A stretch of DNA of 64,000 nucleotides from Paracoccaceae bacterium (GCA_963664045.2 CAXXGT010000007.1:170826-234825), one strand, 5' to 3'; positions 38,901-48,154 are shown, counted from the first letter of the stretch. Notes: generated from the letters alone by a model not told the origin. Program-made: numbers and translations.

Positions 38901-39089
38901 TCACGGCCATCGCAGCGGCCAACATAACCGAAACGCACCCGCGAGCGCACTCCGGCACAGGGCCATGAATGCGGGGAAGCCCTCACTGCCCAAGTCGCCG
39001 CAAATGCGTCACATTCCGAAAAGCTGGTCCAGGCCGGATCCGGCTAACTACCTCATTCGTCCAGCCGTTGGAAAAGTTACACAGCAAAC

Positions 39090-39137
39090 AGACTATACTC
39101 AAACAGGGACGATGAAGAATACTCTGCGCCCTGTGTC
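39090..39137 (+). repeat. R2B right part
   Basis: agactatactcaaacagggacgatgaagaatactctgcgccctgtg matches 22762-22809. Confidence 0.75.
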
Positions 39138-39236
39138 GGTTTTCATAAAAAATTTCAGTGGATTGTCACAAATGACTTCAGTGAGCGCTAACACCTCGAA
39201 GATGCGTCCTGACCGTCGTCAACGTCCGCTCGGGAG

Positions 39237-39271
39237 TGCGCGCCTCATAGGATCTTTGTTGGGTTGAGGCC
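39237..39271 (-). repeat. R1b: inverted copy of the R1 IS-end-like repeat
   Basis: The reverse complement GGCCTCAACCCAACAAAGATCCTATGAGGCGCGCA matches R1a at 33 of 35 positions. Confidence 0.8.
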
Positions 39272-39344
39272 GACTAGCGGATGGTGGATAACAAACCAAA
39301 CGCGTGTCAACTGGCTTCTCACGATCATGAGTTGTACCAGTTCT

Positions 39345-42300
39345 TTAGTTTAGATCTTCTCCATTCGCTCGCAAGATTTTCACCAATCTCTGAAAACGAT
39401 GGTCGAGTTCGAGTTCAGGAGCGGCAGTCCGTATGGATTCAAGGCACTTTTTCAGATGAGGAAAACTTCCTTGAGCCGAATCACCCACGATCTGATCCAA
39501 TAGTTCGAGTGCCGACTTTGGCAGGAGTCCATCCAGTTCGGCGTTATGAAGGGTAAGTGCAATCCGATTCGGATAATGCAGTGGCTGCAACCAGGGTTTG
39601 ACCCGTTGGAGTGCTTCGGGGAACGCATCTCCTGCTGCGATACAGACTCGGGCAAAACTTTCTGTAACCTTCAGTGATTTTCTGTCGGACGACTTGGGCC
39701 AGATTGATCTCAAGTAGGGATCTGCCCTGTTCCTCCAGTAGTCGGCTCGCTGGTCGCCAGCGCTGTCAACTGCCAGAAACAATGTGTTGGCCGCGTGGTC
39801 AAGTGCCGTCTGAGGCAATCGTAGCATGGCAGGTGCCAGTTCTCTGTTCCGAATCAAATCTCCTTGATCAAGCCCGACGAACGTCAGCAGCGACGCAAAT
39901 TGCCTACCATGTTTGCTAAGTTGATCGTAGTGATCCACCGTATCCAGAAATGTTGGCGTGAGCTTCTCCATCAAGGGCCGATAGATCCTTGGCGACCAAA
40001 GGAACCCTTCCCATGCACTCCGCGCTTCCAACGCGGAGTCTTTCCAATTGAAGAGTGGAAGTACATATTCCAATGTCCAGCCGCGGTCGACCCGGAACAA
40101 CGAAATGACGTGGGTTGCAAGCAGCACACGGCCATGACGGAACTTTGGAATTCCCGTGTTGCATAGCTGGGTAAACCTTAGCCTTGGTTCCTGAGCCAGT
40201 CCTTGCCCGTCTTTCAGTTCGCCACGATACCACCACTGGAGAAGCGCCTCGGTCACATGTCCGATAGGATGGTTGATCGCACGTCCAACAGGATCGTCCT
40301 CCTCCTCCTCCTCTTCGACGTCGTCGTCCATTTCCAGCACACGGTCGCACAGTGACAGGAACGCTGTCTCCTGTCCTTCGAATGTCTTGGCAAGTGCCTT
40401 CAGCCACCAACTCACCCCGCGATAAAGATCCGACCCGGCCTCCCTTGGCAAGTTCGCCAATACCGGAGCGATCTTGCTCCATGCACGGTCCCTCAACTCC
40501 TCCGCCGACCACACTTGGAGAGCTGCTCTCCACCGTTCTGTCGGCCATATTTCTTCCTCAGCCAAAGTTGTCAGAACCCATGCGGCATCATCAAAGTCTT
40601 CGCGGCAGCGGTCGCACCAGTCATCCGTATGCCACATGTCGAGTTCCGGATTTTGGCGCAGCCATTCCAATAGTTTGTGTTTATCGCGCGGCAATTTGAT
40701 GTGCTCGCTCAAGTCATCAACGTCGCCAGACCAGCTTGCAAATTCTTCGCGTTCGTCGTCGGATAACTGCCAATCTCGGTACTTGGATGAGAGCTCATTC
40801 AGTCGTCCAAGGGCAGTGGCGTTCAGCGCCGCCCCTGCTTGGCTGATCTTTGCCAGTCGCAGCCAAACGGTTTGCTCCCGTATCCTTGTCCACCCTTCCT
40901 CCTTTATATCGGCCCTGAACATTTGGCGTGGTGGGCCAGCCAGTATGGCCAGTTCGATCCTGGCCAGTTCGACCTTGTCAAGTTGTGGAGTCAGGGCGAC
41001 CAGAAGCCGCATGGTTTCGCGTTGGGTCTCGACCGACCATAGCCACCAGTTATTGTCCGCCAACAGCCACTCAAGGCCCATAGTTCTGGGAATCACGCCG
41101 GGTTGAGCGGCGGCAAAGAAGGCAAGGCGTCGGAACAGGGGGTAAGGAATCCGCGACCACGAACTTGCCGCAAATTGCGCCTTTTCCGGCGAAACGGCAA
41201 CCATGGCCTGCCACGCATCCTTGTTGAGTTCAATCAGGGCCGTCCAGTCGTTGAGATGCAAATTCTGCTTGTGATCACTGATCGATGGCTGATTAATGTA
41301 GGACCAATCACTCTTGTCGTCCGCTCCTTCAAGTTCGCACATGAGGTCGAGCGCATCGCGAAGCAACCCGGTAAAGTCAGCAAGTAGCGTTGGCAGGGCA
41401 GATTTCCAATTCTTGTTACCACGAAGTTCGTCCAGTGTTCCGTGCACGTCACTCGTCGAAAGAACGATGTCCCAGTCGACGAGCTGCTTCATGTGCCCAG
41501 GTTCTTCCTGTTCATCTACGTCGTCCAATGACCACCGGAAGGGATCGCGCATCGACACGCGCGGGCTGAGCATCTCGCGCAGCTCCAACCGCAGGGCGGT
41601 TGTCAGGCCGTCTCGACTAAATCGGATGCACCACTCGCAGAGATCCATGTCAGATTCATGCACCTCCACCCGGCCGGACAAGAATATGTCCCACAGCTTC
41701 CGCATCCGCTCATTCGGGATCGCGTCAGGAGCATCGTCGCGGATCATATCCAGCTTGTCTTGTTCGTCGTTTTGCTCGAGTTCGACCGGTTGGCTAAGTC
41801 GGCTTCGAAGTTGTGTGACCAATTTCGGATGCAATCTACCTCCTTGTTTGACCAGCCACAGCAGAAGGGTTGGGTCATTAAGATGCCGGGTCAACCAGCG
41901 GGTCAAATGCCACATGACATCATCAAGACAGGCTTCATGTGTTCCCGAGCTCGCCAGCATCATCTGCGGAGAGAGGTCGTATGGTGCTGGCCTCCGCGTC
42001 AGGCTAAAAACGAGATTTTCGTCCACTTTGACCTTGGGTGGAACACCGAAGCGGATCAGGTCAGCGTGTCCAAAACGGTTCTCACTGAACGGTGCGAGCC
42101 AAGCCAGAGAGGGCACCGGATTGTGATCCGCAAATCGTTTGGCGGGAAGACCGCTCGGGTCACTCAATGCCCAGAGCACGCGGCTGACAATGTCATCCTG
42201 GCGCGTGGCCGTGTCCGGGCGTGCCATGGCATACTCGGTAACAATCCGTTCCTTTCCGCCCACGCCGTTCCGATAGGTATCAGCCCAGGCTTGGAGGGTC

Positions 42301-43142
42301 CTGTGCAGGTAGGCGTGATGCTGATGGTCCCAGTAGAGAATGGGTGTAACATTCTTGGCTCGCCATTCGTTGGAAAGCTCTGTCTCCTTGCCTTTGGAGT
42401 AGCTCCCGAACGCGAACATATCGGGCTGTGATTCTCCGAGTTGCTTGTCCGCAGCCAATGCATCCATCATGTAGCGCAGAATTGGATCGTCGATGCTGTA
42501 GCCGACAAAACAAACGATGAAGTTCCTTAGCAGTTCGCTGACGAAGCGAGCTGCCCAGCGCTCAGTAAGGTAGGCTAGGCCGAAGTCTCCGCTTGAGATG
42601 ACCAAGTCATTGAGATCGTTGTCCGCGGAATTCTCTGGCAGCAAGCCATGGAGATACACCAAGCCGTCCCATCGTTGCTTGGGAGTCGGAAGCAAAGGGG
42701 CCTCGAAACGCTTGATGGCAAGATTGCGCTCGGCAATCACGTGCTCGAACAGCCTGTCGAAATTGGTTGTGATCAGCCTCTTTCGGCCCGTCTGGCACTT
42801 CGCTAGTTCCAAGAGAGCTTCGTGAGTCGCAGTCGCACGAGGCTTTGATGTATCAGGAGCAAGGATCTTCGCTATCGCTTCGCGAACAATTCTGCGCCCA
42901 CCTGCAAGCTCCCCCTCGAGCAATCCGACAACTGTGTCATATCGCTTGGCTTTCAAGGCGGCGGCTTGCACGGCATCGGGCACATGCCCTAAATGGGAAA
43001 AGAGTTGCTCGACCAACTTGCCAAATCCCGGAAGCGCTGCAGGATAGGAGATTCCGGCACCGCAGAAGAATACAACCTGCCCGTCTTCGTGCGCCTGCAG
43101 CAACTGCTCCGGAACGTCCGGCCCATCCTTAACAAACTGCAT
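39345..43142 (-). CDS. SIR2-family (SIR2_2) protein with long helical C-terminal region (DSR-like defence sirtuin candidate)
   Basis: Start at MQFVKDG (AGGAG RBS). FFCGAGISYPAALP...ITTNFDRLFE...YLHG...FVGYSIDDP. 1265 aa. The longer ORF to 43484 crosses repeat R1c. Confidence 0.85.
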   Translation of the reverse strand: MQFVKDGPDVPEQLLQAHEDGQVVFFCGAGISYPAALPGFGKLVEQLFSHLGHVPDAVQAAALKAKRYDTVVGLLEGELAGGRRIVREAIAKILAPDTSKPRATATHEALLELAKCQTGRKRLITTNFDRLFEHVIAERNLAIKRFEAPLLPTPKQRWDGLVYLHGLLPENSADNDLNDLVISSGDFGLAYLTERWAARFVSELLRNFIVCFVGYSIDDPILRYMMDALAADKQLGESQPDMFAFGSYSKGKETELSNEWRAKNVTPILYWDHQHHAYLHRTLQAWADTYRNGVGGKERIVTEYAMARPDTATRQDDIVSRVLWALSDPSGLPAKRFADHNPVPSLAWLAPFSENRFGHADLIRFGVPPKVKVDENLVFSLTRRPAPYDLSPQMMLASSGTHEACLDDVMWHLTRWLTRHLNDPTLLLWLVKQGGRLHPKLVTQLRSRLSQPVELEQNDEQDKLDMIRDDAPDAIPNERMRKLWDIFLSGRVEVHESDMDLCEWCIRFSRDGLTTALRLELREMLSPRVSMRDPFRWSLDDVDEQEEPGHMKQLVDWDIVLSTSDVHGTLDELRGNKNWKSALPTLLADFTGLLRDALDLMCELEGADDKSDWSYINQPSISDHKQNLHLNDWTALIELNKDAWQAMVAVSPEKAQFAASSWSRIPYPLFRRLAFFAAAQPGVIPRTMGLEWLLADNNWWLWSVETQRETMRLLVALTPQLDKVELARIELAILAGPPRQMFRADIKEEGWTRIREQTVWLRLAKISQAGAALNATALGRLNELSSKYRDWQLSDDEREEFASWSGDVDDLSEHIKLPRDKHKLLEWLRQNPELDMWHTDDWCDRCREDFDDAAWVLTTLAEEEIWPTERWRAALQVWSAEELRDRAWSKIAPVLANLPREAGSDLYRGVSWWLKALAKTFEGQETAFLSLCDRVLEMDDDVEEEEEEDDPVGRAINHPIGHVTEALLQWWYRGELKDGQGLAQEPRLRFTQLCNTGIPKFRHGRVLLATHVISLFRVDRGWTLEYVLPLFNWKDSALEARSAWEGFLWSPRIYRPLMEKLTPTFLDTVDHYDQLSKHGRQFASLLTFVGLDQGDLIRNRELAPAMLRLPQTALDHAANTLFLAVDSAGDQRADYWRNRADPYLRSIWPKSSDRKSLKVTESFARVCIAAGDAFPEALQRVKPWLQPLHYPNRIALTLHNAELDGLLPKSALELLDQIVGDSAQGSFPHLKKCLESIRTAAPELELDHRFQRLVKILRANGEDLN

Positions 43143-43264
43143 GTGGTATTCTCCTGCCCTCGGTCGAGCCATCCTGCGTATTAGGCCTCTGCCGCACGTA
43201 AAGGGTGCCCTTTGCGAGATCAATTTCAAACCAGTCATATGAAACACCAGCATGACTGGTTTAC

Positions 43265-43316
43265 GGCCTAAACCCAACATAGATCCTATGAGGCGCGCAG
43301 AACTGGCGTTATGTTG
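43265..43316 (+). repeat. R1c: third copy of the R1 repeat
   Basis: GGCCTAAACCCAACATAGATCCTATGAGGCGCGCAGAACTGGCGTTATGTT. It shares about 52 nt with R1a. Confidence 0.8.
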
Positions 43317-43581
43317 ATCATGGCGGTTCTCTTCATTGGCCCAGGCCTCCTCATTCCGATCGATGGATCGATGATGAGACCATGCCGAGAGAGAAATCGC
43401 GAGGGCATCTCCCGCGTGGATGCCGTTACCGTGCAACCCTTGACCGGAACCTCCCGCAACCCGGACAAAACCGTCAAGTGTCATAGGATTTTGCAGGCGC
43501 GAGAGGCGTCAATGAAAACCCTCTTTCAGGTGCGCGAGAATCTACTGGCAGGCGAGAAACCGGACATAGTAACTAGCATTC

Positions 43582-44826
43582 ATGAGTGACCGAAATTTAC
43601 TATTCTTCGAAGAATCGTTGGACGCGCAGCTTCGACGACGGCAGGAAGCTGTTCATAAAGCTGTTGACCGGATACCGAAAGATCAATTCTTGATTTCAAA
43701 AGATCAGGAATTTGTCGACCATGTGGTCGCTAAACTGAAGGTAGAGCCGCTTGTATTGCACGAAAACGCGGCGACCATGAGCCAGAACGAGACGCGGGTG
43801 GATGTTTCCGGCGATTTTAGGCGGGTCTTTATGCCCGGTCACAGTGGCCCATTTCATATTCCGGGAACCTGCGTGGATATCGACATTCCCTTCACAGGGG
43901 AGGAGTGGATATTCCGGTATCGGACCAACACTTGGTCCTCAGTTTTCCCGCAAGCAGAAGTCCGACCGGGTCATTTGCGCCTTTCTATTTCACGGCCGCA
44001 CGACGTCGACTCCGCCGAGTTCAAATCGATTTACGAGCGGGAGTTGAGTCTGATCCGTAAGTACGTGGGTTACTCACACAACCAAGTGGTTACGTACAAC
44101 GAGAATTTAACCAACTTAGTACAGCAGTCGGTCAATCTTCGTCGTGACCGGATTGGGCGTCATGACAACATTGCAGCTTTGCTCGATATACCGCTGGCCA
44201 CGCAACTTGGCGCACCTTCCATAGAGCCAGTGAAGGTAGAAATCCGGCCTCCTCCGGCCTTGCCCAAAGTACCAAAGTCGGGTCTTGCGCCAGAGCCTGG
44301 GATCACAGACGAGACCTACGAGCATATCCTCAAGTTCATTAGACACCAAGGACGCACGTTCGAGCAGACACCCAGGACCTTTGCCGTGCACGGTGAAGAA
44401 GACTTGCGCAACATCATACTAGCGCAGTTGAACGGGCACTTTCTTGGTGATGCTGCGGGTGAGGCGTTTCGAGGTAACGGAAAGACAGACATTTGCATCG
44501 AGCAGGAAAATCGCGCTGCCTTCGTGGGGGAGTGCAAGCTGTGGACAGGTGCAGCCGGTCTCACCGCGGCGATGGATCAGCTTCTCGGCTACCTGACTTG
44601 GCGAGACAGTAAAGCCGCTTTGATCATGTTCAACGTGAAGAACAAGAACTTCACGAATATTCTCAGGGTATTGCCCACGGCGCTTCACGCTCATCCACTG
44701 TTCCTGCGTGAATTGGCTTGTTCCGAAGCCGGGGAATGGCGGGTGCAGATGCGTAGTGCCGAGAATGAGGGGCGACGTGTCACTGTTCAGGCGTTTGTCT
44801 TCAACTTATTCCGAGACGGTGGTTGA
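43582..44826 (+). CDS. hypothetical protein with C-terminal PD-(D/E)xK-like nuclease motif
   Basis: 414 aa. C-terminal GKTDICIEQENRAAFVGECKLWTG...QLLGYL fits a D..E.K plus QxxxY pattern. The N-terminal ~270 aa is unknown. Confidence 0.7.
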   Translation: MSDRNLLFFEESLDAQLRRRQEAVHKAVDRIPKDQFLISKDQEFVDHVVAKLKVEPLVLHENAATMSQNETRVDVSGDFRRVFMPGHSGPFHIPGTCVDIDIPFTGEEWIFRYRTNTWSSVFPQAEVRPGHLRLSISRPHDVDSAEFKSIYERELSLIRKYVGYSHNQVVTYNENLTNLVQQSVNLRRDRIGRHDNIAALLDIPLATQLGAPSIEPVKVEIRPPPALPKVPKSGLAPEPGITDETYEHILKFIRHQGRTFEQTPRTFAVHGEEDLRNIILAQLNGHFLGDAAGEAFRGNGKTDICIEQENRAAFVGECKLWTGAAGLTAAMDQLLGYLTWRDSKAALIMFNVKNKNFTNILRVLPTALHAHPLFLRELACSEAGEWRVQMRSAENEGRRVTVQAFVFNLFRDGG

Positions 44827-45149
44827 CGGACACGAGCGCTTTGAGGTCTTAGCGTGTCAACGACGAGCGCTAGATTGCTGCGGTGTGTTGATGCCTCCAA
44901 CGATTCGACCCGTTACATGATTCCATGGCGATGGACGGGGCAACGACTGAAGTGAACGACGACATGTCGAAGGCAAGGGGAATCCAAGCGGCGGTCGGGC
45001 GTCAGGCCCTGCGGGATGCTCCTGCTTCACCGCTAATCGATCAGGCCGTGACGCCATTGGAGCCAGCGAGTGTGACGCTAGATGCCATCCTAGAAGGAGG
45101 CTGATTGTACTCTTCAAGCGGCCGAAAAATCGGCTTTAAACGGTGTTTA

Positions 45150-45201
45150 GAAGTGACTCCATGAATCGATTCGCTGACCGCATGAATTTCGACTCGCTAC
45201 A
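45150..45201 (-). mobile_element. solo IS630-like terminal repeat remnant
   Basis: Reverse complement TGTAGCGAGTCGAAATTCATG. Related to the ends at 47313 and 52452. Confidence 0.35.
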
Positions 45202-45303
45202 GCAGCAAAAGCGAACGCACTGGTTCTACGACTCCGAAATGTGTAGACAAATGTTTATTCAGGCGGATGACAACATGCATCAGCACAATTTTCGAGAATG
45301 TAG

Positions 45304-46452
45304 ATGACTCGTTTCAAGGTCGATTTGAACACGAAGTTTATTTCAAACGATGCACATGTATATCTAGCACGTGCCGGCATGCGGGGGCACATGTTTGAGC
45401 AAGTGTTGTTTAATCGGGCGATTGGCCCCGACCTACCTATGCTCGACCTGGATTTACGCGATGGTCTCGAAGGCGACCCGAACATCCAAGCAAAGATCAA
45501 GCGGGCGCGTGCGCTCAGTATCTGGTTGAGGAAGTCCCGTAACGCCCGTGGGAACAGACCATCCGAAAATGTCAACGACTACCGCAACGCCATGGCGCAC
45601 CGAGGCCACGCCCAAATTAATGGCATTGTTCGCTCATATTTTCACGACATGAATGCGGGTGACGTCCTCGTGATTCCGAATCCTTCCAACTTTGGGAAAG
45701 CCATTATTGCTGAACTCCTCCCAGTCGGAAATGCAGTGTTCAAGATTCCAGGTACTGGCCGCTTCGAAGGGTTCGACTTTGATGGACGCCGTTTTGACAC
45801 CCTCAATGAGGTCAAGATGGCCAATTTGCCGAAATCGGTGATCGATTTGGCAATGTTGCCGACAGGACTCGCTGAGATCGGGAGGCCGGTCGTGAAGCAG
45901 CGCACTTTCGAACTTGGCTACAATGACTTTGTACTCAGCGACAAATTCGTGTCGCGCATCATAACGTCTAAGCATGATTTCACGTCGTTTGATGGAAACG
46001 TGCTGAATGCGCTTATTACAATGGTGGCAAGAAATGTTGCCCGTCTCGAAAACGACGGCGATGACGCAGATCTACTTGGCCTGGTTCGGGCAGCGTTCGA
46101 GCGGTTTGACGAAGACGACTTGAGGGTCAAGATCGAAGTCAACTCGCCGGGTTTTCTGGCTGTGTCCGGCCAGACTGTTACCCCTTTGGTAATAAGTGCC
46201 TTTTTGTCGATTCTGGTGTCCGTCGATTTTGATGCGACGGCATTCGCCCAGGACACGGTGGTTGAGGTGAGCAACAGCCGATCGTTGGAAGTGGACGACG
46301 TTTGCAACCAGGAAGTCGGACGAAAAGCTGAGAATATGCTAAGGTTGCTCTCTACTGCCGAGGATGAGTTCCAGCAGACATGTGATCTCCTGTCCGAAGC
46401 GCACGAGAACACCGGTGCGAGCGCGAATGCGACTGTCGAGGTCGAACGGTGA
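45304..46452 (+). CDS. hypothetical protein (382 aa), first gene of a coupled pair
   Basis: Long ORF in the AT-rich block. Its stop overlaps the start of the next gene (GTGATG). No recognisable domain. Confidence 0.65.
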   Translation: MTRFKVDLNTKFISNDAHVYLARAGMRGHMFEQVLFNRAIGPDLPMLDLDLRDGLEGDPNIQAKIKRARALSIWLRKSRNARGNRPSENVNDYRNAMAHRGHAQINGIVRSYFHDMNAGDVLVIPNPSNFGKAIIAELLPVGNAVFKIPGTGRFEGFDFDGRRFDTLNEVKMANLPKSVIDLAMLPTGLAEIGRPVVKQRTFELGYNDFVLSDKFVSRIITSKHDFTSFDGNVLNALITMVARNVARLENDGDDADLLGLVRAAFERFDEDDLRVKIEVNSPGFLAVSGQTVTPLVISAFLSILVSVDFDATAFAQDTVVEVSNSRSLEVDDVCNQEVGRKAENMLRLLSTAEDEFQQTCDLLSEAHENTGASANATVEVER

Positions 46453-47006
46453 TGAACATTCCAAACTCTCGTGAAGACTGGTTCGCGCTCGCTCGCAAGA
46501 TCGGGTGGGGTCTCGTTCGCTTGCAAATCCTTGGGATCGTCATCGGCGCGGTCTTGACCATCATCATTCAGTTGTTCGCGGGTTTCTGGGAGTTTCGCAA
46601 AGCGCACGAAGACCTGCTGCACCAGCAGTGGACTGCTGTCGTAGAGGCACAAAATCGGTTCGAGAGCCAGCTAGCGCGGATAGATGCCGTGCTTCGGGGA
46701 CAACCGTTGCCCAACGGGGGGGCCGGGTATGCTTCTGCGGCACAGTCGTATGTCCGATCCATGGAGGCGTTAAGCCGGGCGTTGCCGGCGACTTCAAAGG
46801 AAATCGACGATTACATCGAGGCAATCGCTGCAATGCGAAAATACTACGATGTCGACAATCCCCCGGCTCCGAATACGGACGAGTGGATGATCTTCTACGG
46901 TGGGTATCGGCAAGATTTCAAACGCTATGTCGCTGCTCGAGAACAGTATTTCAACGTATTGGCCGCTGAGTTAGGCGATTACGTTCGCTACATCACCGGC
47001 TCGTAA
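46449..47006 (+). CDS. hypothetical membrane protein (185 aa, N-terminal TM plus helical domain)
   Basis: TM segment LVRLQILGIVIGAVLTIIIQLFAGFW. Translationally coupled to 45304..46452. Confidence 0.65.
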   Translation: MMNIPNSREDWFALARKIGWGLVRLQILGIVIGAVLTIIIQLFAGFWEFRKAHEDLLHQQWTAVVEAQNRFESQLARIDAVLRGQPLPNGGAGYASAAQSYVRSMEALSRALPATSKEIDDYIEAIAAMRKYYDVDNPPAPNTDEWMIFYGGYRQDFKRYVAAREQYFNVLAAELGDYVRYITGS

Positions 47007-47313
47007 TCTTGTGCGACGCATCGTTGTCCAAGCTGAGTTTGCAGATCGGCCAAACCTCGGCTTCTTCGCCCCCCTGCATCCGCAACGTCCAGTTACTGGC
47101 GTGCTCCGGCGGCGGCGGCATAGCAAGCTCGATCAGTTCGCTGGCCTTCTTCTGCGATATCGGCTTGCGACCCATTTGTAGCGAGTCGAATCGTTTCGAT
47201 CAGGTGAGTTGATTGTTTGGAGTCAAAGCGTCGCTTTTCGACCGCCATATTGTCTTTTGCTATCTGACTCCAAGCAATCGATTTGGTGACTCCAAACATT
47301 CCGAGTCGCTACA
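46993..47313 (-). pseudogene. IS630-family transposase 5' remnant (frameshifted, truncated)
   Basis: ORFs 47093..47299 and 46993..47175 join to ..LIETIRLATNG/RKPISQKKASELIELAMPPPPEHASNWTLRM, an IS630-type N-terminal motif. Preceded by the end sequence TGTAGCGACTCGGAATG. Confidence 0.4.
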
Positions 47314-47550
47314 CAGATCCAGAGTGAGGGACGGACACAGCGAGACCGGTTCCGGTGGACGGATCTACGTGCTATCCGCCGCGGAAATCGCCTCCGGACT
47401 TGCGGGGCCAGCCTTGATCTGGCAAAGCGCCGGCCGCTGCGATGGTTGTTGGCAGGATGAGCGACCGCTGAATGCGCGCTGTAAGGGCTCGGAACAATGT
47501 GTAAATTCAGAGGACAAGCGTGAGCGGAGTGCGAGACAGCAATTGAACAT

Positions 47551-47937
47551 TCAGAATGGAAGTTCTCCTTCTAACTCTGAAAGGATTTGGTCAATCGCCT
47601 TTTCGGTGCCTAATGCAGACCTTCGGGCAATTTCGTAAGTCCCTTGCATCCCATCGAATGAATCAGAGACATGAGAAAACCGTTTCTTCCATTCATCTGC
47701 AATGTCTACATCTGTAAACGACTCAATTTCAGCTCCATTTTGGTCAAACACACTGATCCTTACATCTTCTACATCTGGCACACTCTTTGATTTTTCCAAG
47801 AGGATTTTTATAGAATAGTTTGAGAAAGAAGCCTGATAGACACCGTCTGACACAGTGACTTCCCAGTCGATCTCTCCTTTGAGCGTCCTCTGATAAAGCG
47901 CATGCGCGAGCGTCGCTAACTTTTCGTAAGCTGCCAT
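47551..47937 (-). CDS. hypothetical protein (128 aa)
   Basis: ORF 5 nt downstream of the interrupted 167-aa gene, so operon-like. No recognisable domain. Confidence 0.6.
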   Translation of the reverse strand: MAAYEKLATLAHALYQRTLKGEIDWEVTVSDGVYQASFSNYSIKILLEKSKSVPDVEDVRISVFDQNGAEIESFTDVDIADEWKKRFSHVSDSFDGMQGTYEIARRSALGTEKAIDQILSELEGELPF

Positions 47938-47941
47938 GTTT

Positions 47942-48154
47942 CTATCCGTCCGTTTCCATTCTCATCTCGACAAGGATGCTTCCCAATTTTTCACCTTGTT
48001 CCGACAAGATATTGTTCATCCTTGGTACCTTAGGAGTTGTTTTATTCTCTTCGAGTACGATTTCAATTTGTTTGGACATCGAACTTGAGTGCGTGATACC
48101 AGCCTGAATAGTAGCCCTATGATTATCGCCCAAATTCGATGTGGATCCCCTAAT
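47942..48154 (-). pseudogene. TM/coiled-coil protein, 3' part (interrupted by transposon)
   Basis: The frame continues from 51907..52203 across the duplicated ATTAGG (Ile-Arg). The restored protein is 167 aa. Confidence 0.7.

Larger units (their letters stand above)
37299..39089 (+). mobile_element. IS110-family insertion sequence
   Basis: Boundaries come from comparison with the empty paralog at 22761/22762. The junction is ambiguous within the shared caaac. No terminal inverted repeats, as is usual for IS110. Confidence 0.85.

Noticed and set aside
43143-43484. N-terminal extension of the SIR2 ORF.
   Set aside because: It runs through repeat R1c; the same peptide ..SARLIGS.LG.. appears wherever R1 occurs. 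An AGGAG RBS precedes the internal Met at 43142.
44925-45104. 59-codon ORF (MAMDGATTEVNDD...) between the nuclease-like gene and the coupled pair.
   Set aside because: It falls below the ORF-track threshold, has no clear RBS or motif, and may be chance. It is worth re-checking only if transcript data exist.
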